A stretch of DNA of 44,393 bases, the filler included, from an uncultured virus (IMG/VR IMGVR_UViG_2061766007_003500) (Duplodnaviria; Heunggongvirae; Uroviricota; Caudoviricetes). It is 7 parts of one record of this genome, joined end to end, with 100 filler letters (N's around TTAATTAATTAA, not from the genome) between each part and the next. Parts side by side here need not be neighbours in the genome. Positions count along the whole stretch, not along the records: positions 15,223 to 21,899 come from IMGVR_UViG_2061766007_003500; positions 22,000 to 23,049 come from IMGVR_UViG_2061766007_003500; positions 23,150 to 28,507 come from IMGVR_UViG_2061766007_003500; positions 28,608 to 43,595 come from IMGVR_UViG_2061766007_003500; 3 more parts are not named here. The stretch is one strand, 5' to 3'. The position numbers and the translations under genes are program-made. Under the pieces are notes generated by a model. The model did no database searches. It was given only the letters and a program-made list of their open reading frames with translations, and was not told the DNA's origin. Below, piece after piece: positions 21,638 through 31,087 of this stretch. Each line of letters begins with the position of its first letter. Positions within the stretch are counted from its first letter, which is position 1.

Positions 21638-21757
21638 GCGCAAGACCATAAAGGCGAAGTACTCCGACATTCACGATTGGTATCCGCGTCTTCCTGAGAT
21701 TGTCCCCCACGATTACGACTTGCGTGACTTTGGACACGCTGATTTTGGAGAGAAGGG

Positions 21758-21899
21758 ATGAGGGTTAAGTTGTTGGGAGGTTTCGGAGATTGCGAGAGAT
21801 GGGGAGTTTATCCTATGGGTTACAGGGTTTATTCCGTAGGCGGATTGTGCCCGGCGCTGTTGAGTGATTGCGGCGGATTCGGACTATTGATATTGGCGG
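21758..21899 (+). CDS. Second small ORF resembling a C5-methyltransferase variable-region repeat (truncated)
   Basis: YRVYSVGGLCPALLS. Confidence 0.4.
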
Positions 21900-21943
21900 N
21901 NNNNNNNNNNNNNNNNNNNNNNNNNNNNNNNNNNNNNNNNNNN

Positions 21944-21955
21944 TTAATTAATTAA
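21944..21955. other. Artificial contig linker TTAATTAATTAA
   Basis: Six-frame stop palindrome flanked by Ns. Confidence 0.95.
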
Positions 21956-21999
21956 NNNNNNNNNNNNNNNNNNNNNNNNNNNNNNNNNNNNNNNNNNNN

Positions 22000-22336
22000 G
22001 AAGATGGGCTTGGTTCGGGATTTTTACAACAAGGCCGTTCGAGTCGCCGATTGGATAGCGTTTGTCCTTCCCATAAGCCAGCTTAACAATTCATCTTCCC
22101 TTTACAAATTCGAGTTAATTTATTCCAAGGACTTAGGGGTTCTTCCTTATTCTGGACGCGACCTTCATTGCTGCTTCAACGTTTATCGGCGTCCCGCCGC
22201 CGGATTCAACAAGCCTGAGCGCGAGACTTTCCGTGGATTGTATTTTTACGGAAAGGAGCGGGCGGANNNNNNNNNNACAAGTCCTTATGGCCATTTTCCT
22301 TCAAATGAATTTGAAGGGAAAGAAGACTTGGAATGA
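22000..22336 (+). CDS. Probable amino-methyltransferase-like protein, internal fragment
   Basis: DFYNKAVRVADWIAFVLPIS resembles the segment that follows NPPF in N6-methyltransferases; the catalytic motif itself is not visible. Confidence 0.45.
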
Positions 22337-22380
22337 GATGACGGTCGAGGAAAGGGAGAAGTTAGTGAGAGGCAGTTCTT

Positions 22381-23049
22381 ATGGAAAAGTACAAGAATAA
22401 GATATTCNNNNNNNNNNNNNNNNNNNNNNNNNNNNNNNNNNNNNNNNNNNNNAGTTGACTTGATTTTGACCTCGCCGCCTTATAATACGGGAAGAGTTTC
22501 AAATAGCGATGCGGCGCGAAAGACTCGTGAAGCGCGTTATGACTTTTACTTGGATAACAGAACGCCGGAACAATATAGGGATTGGTGCGTTGAATTGTTT
22601 GATAAATTTTCCAAAATATTAAAGAATAACGGAGTCGTTCTTTGGAATGTAAGTTATGGAAACGACGTGACCGTAAATTTGTCAGGATTTAATGTTTTAT
22701 GGTTAGTGATTGCGGATTTGATTGAAAAGAGCGATTTTTGCGTGGCCGATAAAATAACTTGGAAAAAGAAGTCGGCTATACCGAGTAACACTAGTTCGAA
22801 TAAACTTACTCGCATAACCGAAGATGTTTTTGTGTTTTGCAGAAAGTCCGAGATTAAAAGTTTTTACGCCAATAAAAAGAAAGTTTCGGAAAGCGTTTGT
22901 GGACAAGCGATTTATGAAAACATATACAACTTGGTGGAGGCCGCGAATAACGACGGCGCAAATGATTTGAACAAGGCGACTTTCAGTTCGGAATTGGTCT
23001 GCAAGCTGTTGAAAATTTACGCCCCCTCTTCCAACGATACGATTGTATA
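22381..23049 (+). CDS. N4-cytosine/N6-adenine DNA methyltransferase, beta class (3' truncated)
   Basis: MEKYKNKIF, VDLILTSPPYN, ITWKK, NKATFS.EL; the sequence ends just before the expected DPFxGxG. Confidence 0.88.
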
Positions 23050-23093
23050 NNNNNNNNNNNNNNNNNNNNNNNNNNNNNNNNNNNNNNNNNNNN

Positions 23094-23105
23094 TTAATTA
23101 ATTAA
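23094..23105. other. Artificial contig linker TTAATTAATTAA
   Basis: Six-frame stop palindrome flanked by Ns. Confidence 0.95.
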
Positions 23106-23149
23106 NNNNNNNNNNNNNNNNNNNNNNNNNNNNNNNNNNNNNNNNNNNN

Positions 23150-23407
23150 TTTAGGATGGCTTATTTTGGAAACGGCCCTTGCGGAAAGATTTTGACTGAC
23201 ACCGACTTGCATTATTGCGGAGAATTCAAGATAAAGGTGGATGACCGTCACCCGCAGAAAAAGGAAATTTTAGAGATTCTTAACAATACCAATTGGCGCG
23301 ATTTGGCCAAAGGGATAGCGATGAAACATTTGACTCGCTCTGAAATTTGCGCGGAGCTTAAAAGGCGGGGCATGAAAGAGATGGTTGACAAGTGCGCGTT
23401 GTTTTAA
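23150..23407 (+). CDS. C-terminal fragment of a hypothetical protein, possibly methyltransferase-associated
   Basis: Open frame from the contig edge; ends in LF like the upstream Dam-like gene. Confidence 0.4.
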   Translation, partial: FRMAYFGNGPCGKILTDTDLHYCGEFKIKVDDRHPQKKEILEILNNTNWRDLAKGIAMKHLTRSEICAELKRRGMKEMVDKCALF

Positions 23408-23417
23408 TGGAGGCGAA

Positions 23418-24258
23418 ATGAAAAGTTACGGAGTGCCTTACAAAGGTTCAAAGGATAAAATTGCGGAGCGAATTTTGTCGCTATTTCCAAGTAAAAAGAA
23501 TTTTTNNNNNNNNNNNNNNNNNNNNNNNNNNNNNNNNNNNNNNNNNNNNNNNNNNNNNNNNNNNNNNNNNNTTCAATCCGGTCGTCGTCAAATGCTTTGA
23601 GATGGCTATGAATGGCGGATTCGAGGGTGAGAGCAGGTGGATAAGCCACGATGAATTTTACGCCCAAAAGGACTCCGACCCGTACGTCGCTTGTTGCTTC
23701 TCTTTTGGAAATGACTTCAAGTCCTACGCTTATGGCGTTGAGGTGGCTCCTTACAAAAAGGCCTTGCACTACGCTGCTTTGTTTGGCGACTTTTCCCTTA
23801 TCGAGAAGTTTTATCCTGATTCGAATTTTGACGCGGTGAAAGGCATAAAAGACCCGGTGGAGAGATTGATATGGCTCAAGCGTTACGCCGCGAGGGTTTA
23901 CGAGGTCAAGGGCGGCCTTTTGAGCGCCGAGGATTTCAAGTCTTACAACAACTTGCAGTCTTTCCTGCGCCTTGAGAATTTGAAAAGAATGGGCGACATA
24001 AAGTTGATGAATCCTGAAGGATTGAAGAATCTTTCCGTTACTTGCGGAAGTTACGAGAATGTCGACATTGAGGAGAATTCGGTAATTTACTGCGACATTC
24101 CCTATAAGGGAACGAATGACTATTCCGTCGGCTTTGATTACGATAAATTCTACGATTGGTGCGGAAGGCAGACCGAGCCGCTTTTCATAAGCGAGTATTG
24201 GATGCCGGAGGATAGGTTCGATTGCGTCTTGGAAATCGAGCATAGAAGCCTTATCTGC
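23418..24258 (+). CDS. Second Dam/D12-class DNA adenine methyltransferase
   Basis: YGVPYKGSKDKIA, VIYCDIPY, FDYDKFYDW, FISEY; RBS GGAGG. Confidence 0.85.
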
Positions 24259-24357
24259 NNNNNNNNNNNNNNNNNNNNNNNNNCCGAAAGGGCAAAAGGC
24301 GGACTTCGGACGGCTTTCTGGCGCTCTATTCTAGCGTTGAAGTTTATATATTCTATT

Positions 24358-25142
24358 ATGAGGCCGATTTATTCATTCACTCTTAAGGAGCTTTTGGACA
24401 ACCGCGACGGACAATTCATTCATCACGACCAGTATGTCCGCGGATTGAAGTCCCCCAGATTGCTTTACGCTTATTGCAATACTTTGGTATTTGAAATTCA
24501 ATCGTCTCATTTTGGAGAGAAGACGAAGACCAAGGAAGGTCTCGTTGGCACTAACAGAACTAAATATAAGATTTTCGTTTTATTTGAGGACTTTTATACA
24601 ATCGGAAAGGACAAGGATATTGACTTTGAGGATGCCGTGGATTACGCCATTCATTACGGCGACGTTCATGTCCGATGCAATTGCGCCGCCCATTTGTACT
24701 ACGGCATGTCGTATATGGGGACGGAGCTTAAGTATCTTTATGGAGTTCCGAGGNNNNNNNNNNNNNNNNNNNNNNNNNCCCCGGACTGAGGGGAACAATT
24801 TGCAAGCACGAGGATGTGGTGATACGATGGATATTGCGCAATGAGGAGTTGGTCGCCAAGATGTTCGCCGAGTATTACAACCGCTTGCGGGACGGACAGT
24901 CGATTTATGCGGTCAATTCAAACGGCACTACGATTACCATTGGCCATAAAAACGATGAGGGCGATGTATTTTTTGAAAGATTGGATGAGGAGGAGAGCGT
25001 GGAAGGCGATAAGAATGTAGAATTGGAGCCTGATGAGGAAATCCAAGAGAATGAAAGTGAGGAAGAGTCTAATGTGATTGACGTGGAAGACCCAACCGCA
25101 GGCGGCGTCGATTGGGAGGATGAGAATGAAGGCTCGGAATAA
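24358..25142 (+). CDS. SWIM zinc-finger protein with acidic tail
   Basis: VRCNCAAHLYYG...GTICKH (CxC...CxH) read across the gap. Confidence 0.7.
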
Positions 25143-25506
25143 AGTTGTCATAAAGCAGTCTAACGTGGGAAGAATTCACGATGAGTATATATTAGGCAAC
25201 ATATCGGAGGCGGACGCCGAGGAGCGTTTGTCTGAGGAAGTNNNNNNNNNNNNNNNNNNNNNNNNNNNNNNNNNNNNNNNATGGAGGGAAAAAGTGTTGA
25301 AGTGCGGGTTTTTGTCTTCTTCTGTAGACAAGGCCGTGGGAGAGGCCGAGGATTATTTGGGAACGCTCGCTGAGAATGCGACCGTGTCTTGCCAGGATGT
25401 GATTACGGAGGCTGACCAAATCGAGCTTGAGCGNNNNNNNNNNNNNNNNNNNNNCGCTACTCCGCGACTTATTTCGACGCCGAAGAGGCCGTCGAGAATC
25501 TTGTGA
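25126..25506 (+). CDS. Acidic hypothetical protein, possibly head core
   Basis: MKARNKVVIKQS start, RBS GGAGG; frame shifts across the gap. Confidence 0.5.
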   Translation: MKARNKVVIKQSNVGRIHDEYILGNISEADAEERLSEEXXXXXXXXXXXXXXWREKVLKCGFLSSSVDKAVGEAEDYLGTLAENATVSCQDVITEADQIELEXXXXXXXXATPRLISTPKRPSRIL

Positions 25507-25523
25507 ACCGCGTGGAGTAAGTT

Positions 25524-26309
25524 ATGACTTTGGATGACGTTCAAAGGGTTGTTGAGGAATTCACCAAGAGGCTTCAGTTTCCTGAGAGCAAGTACTTTTT
25601 CGCCATAAATTCCGGCGGAGAGTTCATAGAGTTGATAACATTCGTGGATGATGCCGCTAAGTGCTCGATTTCCATAGGAAACGGAAGCCTGAGGGTTATT
25701 TACACCGATGAGTACAACAGCGACAAATACGCCGCCCAAAAGTTTCTCACTCCCATAACTCTCGTTTATTGGCTTTGCATTTTGTTTTACGGAGCTGTCG
25801 CTTCCGTATCGACTATGTCGTTCAACGACCTTCTTTCGGTGATATTCTTGAATGATGTATACGATTGGAGAACTCTTTTGCAAGGAATAGCCGAGAATGT
25901 CGGAATGAGATACGACAAGCGCGAGGACTCCGTTTTCGTCGAGGGCGTTGAAATTTCTTACAATGGATTCTTGAATAAGATTCGAATTGACTCGCAAGAG
26001 ATGTCGCTTGATGACTCGAAGTATACGACCGTCGTCGAGGCTATGTTCAAGTGCGTGGAATACGTTGCGAACGTTATGGGCGTTTCTGACAACTTGTTCA
26101 AGGATGAGAATTACGAGGAAGAGGAGAGCAACATTCTAGGGGAGGAGGAAGAGGGAGGCGCTCCCGTTCCTTCCGGCGGCTCGGACGTTGACTTGGACGT
26201 CAATGTTGGAGGCGGAGAGGAGGAGACCGTTCCCGTTCCGGTGATGGAGAATGAGACTTTCGAGGAGCCGCAAAGCCCGGTAGTCGAAGTTGATGATTTG
26301 ATAGAATAG
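25524..26309 (+). CDS. Hypothetical protein with long acidic tail (261 aa)
   Basis: Intact ORF, RBS GGAG. Confidence 0.75.
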   Translation: MTLDDVQRVVEEFTKRLQFPESKYFFAINSGGEFIELITFVDDAAKCSISIGNGSLRVIYTDEYNSDKYAAQKFLTPITLVYWLCILFYGAVASVSTMSFNDLLSVIFLNDVYDWRTLLQGIAENVGMRYDKREDSVFVEGVEISYNGFLNKIRIDSQEMSLDDSKYTTVVEAMFKCVEYVANVMGVSDNLFKDENYEEEESNILGEEEEGGAPVPSGGSDVDLDVNVGGGEEETVPVPVMENETFEEPQSPVVEVDDLIE

Positions 26310-26476
26310 TTGAAAGTTTTATATATTTAATTGGAAGGTATGTTATGGATTGTCGAAATAGGCGGATTTTGNNNNNNNNNNNNNNNNNNNNNNNNNNNNN
26401 NNNNNNNNNNNNNNNNNNNNNNNNNNNNNNNNNNNNNNNNNNNNNNNNNNNNNNNNNNNNNNNNNGGAGGAAGTTT

Positions 26477-27025
26477 ATGTTGAAAAGTGTAAAGTCGTCT
26501 AAAGGCGGAGAGTTTGACGCGGTCGAGCGGGCCGCGAGCACTCAAATTGACAAGGAAGTCTTGGAGGATGTAAAATCCTTCGTTGAGGAAGAGAATGCCG
26601 ACCTTGAGTCGACGTTATTTAATTTTGGAACAGGATACGTTGAGGACGGTGATGATGAGAGACTCGCCTCGATTATAAAATTCGCCAAGGCGATTGGAAA
26701 GGAGAAGGATGTGAAAAATTTCATAGAGGAAGAGGCCGACTATAAATTCGATGACGGAGAGAAGGACGCGCTCAATCAAAGCCGTTTTGAAAAGGACATC
26801 GTTAAAAAGTTGATGCTCAACTCCTTGAATGAGAATGAGGCCGCGAGGTTGGTGGCCTCCAAGATGAAGTGCAATTCATCTTACGCCAAGAAGCTTTTGG
26901 CCTCTTGGGTGGAGGAGCATAAGCCTTCATTGCTTGAGTCCGGCATTTTGGACATTGCCACGGACATCAATAAGGAATTTGACGTTGACGGCGACTTGGA
27001 CAGTTGGGCGGATGAGTATATGGCC
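26477..27025 (+). CDS. Acidic protein, possible prohead core/scaffold (3' end in gap)
   Basis: RBS GGAGG; MLKSVKSS start; several [ILV]-x-S sites. Confidence 0.5.
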
Positions 27026-27153
27026 NNNNNNNNNNNNNNNNNNNNNNNNNNNNNNNNNNNNNNNNNNNNNNNNNNNNNNNNNNNNNNNNNNNNNNNNNNN
27101 NNNNNNNNNNNNNNNNNNNNNNNNNNNNNNNNNNNNNNNNNNNNNNNNNNNNT

Positions 27154-27731
27154 ATGGAATCAAACGATGACATAGAGAAAATGTTGAATCATGAGATTCG
27201 AATGAGCGATGAAGAGTACGAAGAGTTTTTGGACAAATTCAAGGCCGAAGTTGAGNNNNNNNNNNNGATTTTTCAACGCGCGAATAAAGAGGATATGTTC
27301 GATTGGCGCGAGCCGGAAGATAAGAATATGAGTTTCGATGAATGCTATGTTACTGATGATTACGACAATGAGTATTGGTTTACAAATAGAGACGGTGGAG
27401 ATTGGCATTGTGAGAGTATTGTTTGGAATTCAAGCACCGATGCGGAAGAAGGCGATGAAATAACTGAAGATGATGATTTGGCGAGTGAAATTGACAAAAC
27501 TGAGGAATTCGGCAATTTCGAGTTGGATGGATTCATTTACGATTATGAGGCCACTGATGAGGCCGATGAAGACGGCGAGTATCATTCTTGGGAAATTACG
27601 AACGTAAGAATAGTCGACCAATTCTGCGATGAAGGCGATTACAAAGACCTTGAGCCTGAACTTTTGCCGAATGGCATTTCCGGTCCATTTTACTCCTATG
27701 GCAATAAAATCAGCGAAAACGATTGGCTCGC
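27154..27731 (+). CDS. Extremely acidic hypothetical protein (ends in gaps)
   Basis: D/E-rich open frame, separated from sbcD by a promoter. Confidence 0.55.
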
Positions 27732-27785
27732 NNNNNNNNNNNNNNNNNNNNNNNNNNNNNNNNNNNNNNNNNNNNNNNNNNNNTC

Positions 27786-27801
27786 TATAATTGTAAGTAT
27801 G
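27786..27801 (+). promoter_or_regulatory. -10 box TATAAT 7 nt before ATG (putative leaderless promoter)
   Basis: TCTATAATTGTAAGT-ATG. Confidence 0.6.
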
Positions 27802-28507
27802 AGGTTTTTGATTACTTCCGACTGGCATTTAAGGTCTACCGTTCCCTCTTGCGTGAACGCCACCGAGACGGAGTGGATGGACATTCAAAGAAAGGCGCTG
27901 GATAAAATCATCGATATAGCGAAGACGGATAAAGTCGAGGCGGTTTATTGCGGAGGCGACGTCTTCCATTCGGAAAGGACGGCCAGCAACGAGTGCGTTT
28001 TTATGGCTCAGGAATTCGCCTCCANNNNNNNNNNNNNNNNNNNNNNNNNNNTGGCCGGAAACCACGACTTGAAGTACCATAGTTCTACGATGCTTTCCAA
28101 GTCGGCTATGGGCGTTCTTTTCAATTCGAAGAATGTTGAGAGTATGGATTCCCAAAGTTATATAAAGGGGTGCAATTTCGACCAAGACGATTACGGCGAC
28201 GCCGAAATGATATTCAAGCATGTTCTTTGCATTCCGAGGGAGGAGATTCCGTTCGGAGTGGAGTGCGAGACTCCGGAGTCCCTTCTTGAGAGATACCCTT
28301 CGGCGAGATGGATTTTCTTAGGCGACTACCACAAGAATTTCCATTGGGTGAGCGGCAATCGCCACGTCTTGAATCCTGGATGCCTTACCAAGCAGGCCTC
28401 TGATTTTGAGGGTTACGTTACGGGAGTTTACGTCGTTGATGCTGAATTTGACACCGCCGCATTTTGGCCGGTCAACATTGAGCAGAAGTTCGTAAAGAAT
28501 GGCGGGG
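27799..28507 (+). CDS. sbcD: SbcD/Mre11 (gp47-like) metallophosphoesterase nuclease (3' truncated)
   Basis: SDWH, GGDVFH, AGNHD, GDYH and NPG motifs. Confidence 0.88.
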
Positions 28508-28551
28508 NNNNNNNNNNNNNNNNNNNNNNNNNNNNNNNNNNNNNNNNNNNN

Positions 28552-28563
28552 TTAATTAATTAA
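28552..28563. other. Artificial contig linker TTAATTAATTAA
   Basis: Six-frame stop palindrome flanked by Ns. Confidence 0.95.
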
Positions 28564-28607
28564 NNNNNNNNNNNNNNNNNNNNNNNNNNNNNNNNNNNNN
28601 NNNNNNN

Positions 28608-29433
28608 TTTTCGATTTTTACACCAATCTCATTCACGTTTCAAAAGTTCAAGGCAATCCCGCGAAGAGCAAGATTACTTACTTTTTTGACGGACGAATCG
28701 AGACGCAGACTTTCGCCGATTCTTCGGAATACGACGAGGTGATGGCCGCTTTGGAGGACAAGTTCATCTCTATTGGCGGAGTTCTTTACAACCCTGGCAG
28801 AATCTCAATCGTCAAGGTCAATGGCCTTACGGCGGNNNNNNNNNNNNNNNNNNNNNNGCCGACATCGACGCGGTGATTCAGAAGGTTGACGCCACCCACA
28901 TTGAGGTGGAGCCGAACAAATGGATTTCCGGCAAACAGCTCCACATCGCGTCCGTGAACGAGGCCGCCTTGGAGATTAAGTACGAATATCTTGGAAGGGA
29001 GGTTTTCGCCGTGGCTTACGAAGACCAGAGCGCCTATGAGGACGCGGTTGAGAAGTTGGAGGCTCTCGGCGAATGCGGCGGAGCCGGAGAGAAGCTGTAC
29101 TCTTACAGCGGCGTTTACAACGCCACCGAATCGGACGACGCCATGCCGAATCCGATTACGGCGGAGTTCATCAAGGGTTTGGTTCCCGACTACGCTACGA
29201 AGCGGTTGTNNNNNNNNNNNNNNNNCGACAACGACGAGGGCTACACCCGCTACGTTTACGCGTATCCCAAGGAGTTCGGAACTTTGAGCACCTATCAGTT
29301 GGAGGGAAGCTTTGAAGTGGCGATTGGCGACAGTTTCACCCGCGACGAGGTTGAGATTGACGACGTTCCGTATTGGGTTTACTATCTTACGGATTCCACC
29401 GACACCGACAACAAGGGCATTATTTACAAATAG
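28608..29433 (+). CDS. Putative virion structural protein (5' truncated)
   Basis: C-terminal RYVYAYPKEFGTLS...YWVY pattern seen in phage structural proteins; internal repeat (F/Y).D.S.Y.....LE. Confidence 0.5.
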
Positions 29434-29443
29434 GGCCGGGAGG

Positions 29444-29465
29444 AGGGCGCTTTCCGCGCCCTTTT
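29444..29465 (+). terminator. Possible intrinsic terminator or processing hairpin
   Basis: AGGGCGC-tttcc-GCGCCCT followed by Ts. Confidence 0.45.
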
Positions 29466-29489
29466 CCCTGATGTTTGGAGGACGTTGTT

Positions 29490-29921
29490 ATGGCTATACC
29501 ATTGGCCGACAACCTGAACTATCAGGGCAGAAAACCGGATTTCGCAAGGCAGCAATACGCGACGTTCGCCGACATGGCCGCCGTCAAAAAGTCGAAGATG
29601 CCTGAGATGTATCTCGCGTACTGCCTTGAGGACAGGGCGTATTACCTGTATGACAAAAGCAACGAGCCTGACGCGGTTCTTGGGCTTTGGCGGAAGTTCG
29701 AGCCGGGAGCCGACATTCAGGTGACGGAGCTGCCCCGCCCTTCGGTGGTGTTCATGGGAAAATGCGTCCAATATCTCGGTCCGAGCACTGAACGGTATCG
29801 GCATGGATGTTTTTACGAGTGCGTTCTTCGCGAGAGCGAGTACGTTTGGCATCTCGTCAATTTGGTGGACATAAACTCAATTCCCATCGAAGAGATAGAC
29901 GAGTTGTTTGGCAACGAATGA
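29490..29921 (+). CDS. Putative tail-associated structural protein
   Basis: RBS GGAGG; ends SIPIEEIDELF, the same terminal motif as the next gene. Confidence 0.55.
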   Translation: MAIPLADNLNYQGRKPDFARQQYATFADMAAVKKSKMPEMYLAYCLEDRAYYLYDKSNEPDAVLGLWRKFEPGADIQVTELPRPSVVFMGKCVQYLGPSTERYRHGCFYECVLRESEYVWHLVNLVDINSIPIEEIDELFGNE

Positions 29922-29935
29922 TAGGAGAAAGAATT

Positions 29936-30592
29936 ATGGCGACAAAGAAATATTTGGACTATGAGGGTCTGGTTGAGCTTGTCGATAAGATTAAGGATTA
30001 CGTCGGGGACGCCGGAAAATTGGAATTCAAGGGGGCTGTCAGCACCGTTTCGGGATTGCCCACCGTTTCCACTCAGAAAGTGGGTTGGATGTACACGATT
30101 CAAACCCAAGGCGAAACTACTTCCGACTTTACCGACGGCGCCGGACTGACGATTGCCGCGAACAGCGAAGTCGCGGCGGTGAGCGTGGACGTTTCGGGAA
30201 CGCCGACGATGAAATGGTGCCTGCTCGGCCCGATTTTCGACGTGAGCGACAAGCTTACTTTCGGAACGAGCATGCCCAGCAATCCTTCCGACGGCGACAC
30301 TTTCCTTTATTTGGGAAATACTACTTATACCTATTCGGTTGTTCAAGAGCCCGACCCAAGCGCCAATCCTTCGGAGGAAGGTTGGTACGAAGACGATGGG
30401 GAAGGCGGCAAACGCCTTACTAGCGATACGGTGGTTGAACCCAATAAAACTTATTACACCCGCGCGGAGCAATACGTCAAAGGCGTGATTTACGTTTGGA
30501 ACGAAACGAGTTCGGTTTGGGTGGCTCAATCTTCCGGCGACGTTATGGTCGCAATCACCACTAACGAGATTGACGACCTTTTCGTGATTTAA
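29936..30592 (+). CDS. Tail fibre-associated protein
   Basis: MATKKYLDYEGL start, KGAVSTVSGLPT...GWMY...TTSDF domain, AITTNEIDDLF end. Confidence 0.6.
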   Translation: MATKKYLDYEGLVELVDKIKDYVGDAGKLEFKGAVSTVSGLPTVSTQKVGWMYTIQTQGETTSDFTDGAGLTIAANSEVAAVSVDVSGTPTMKWCLLGPIFDVSDKLTFGTSMPSNPSDGDTFLYLGNTTYTYSVVQEPDPSANPSEEGWYEDDGEGGKRLTSDTVVEPNKTYYTRAEQYVKGVIYVWNETSSVWVAQSSGDVMVAITTNEIDDLFVI

Positions 30593-31087
30593 GCAGTCCG
30601 AAGAACGAACGCTCAAGGAAACGGCTTNNNNNNNNNNNNNNNNNNNNNNNNNNNNNNNNNNNNNNNNNNNNNNNNNNNNNNNNNNNNNNNNNNNNNNNNN
30701 NNNNNNNNNNNNNNNNNNNNNNNNNNNNNNNNNNNNNNNNNNNNNNNNNNNNNNNNNNNNNNNNNNNNNNNNNNNNNNNNNNNNNNNNNNNNNNNNNNNN
30801 NNNNNNNNNNNNNNNNNNNNNNNNNNNNNNNNNNNNNNNNNNNNNNNNNNNNNNNNNNNNNNNNNNNNNNNNNNNNNNNNNNNNNNNNNNNNNNNNNNNN
30901 NNNNNNNNNNNNNNNNNNNNNNNNNNNNNNNNNNNNNNNNNNNNNNNNNNNNNNNNNNNNNNNNNNNNNNNNNNNNNNNNNNNNNNNNNNNNNNNNNNNN
31001 NNNNNNNNNNNNNNNNNNNNNNNNNNNNNNNNNNNNNNNNNNNNNNNNNNNNNNNNNNNNNNNNNNNNNNNNNNNNNNNNNNNNNNN

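Noticed and set aside
18705..24789. Apparent fusions of Dam-like methyltransferases to neighbours (ORFs 18705..20486 and 23461..24789)
   Set aside because: Read-through of N gaps; the neighbours have their own starts.
27154..28563. Apparent fusion of an acidic domain to SbcD
   Set aside because: The join is across a gap, and a TATAAT box plus ATG sit at the normal SbcD start (27799).
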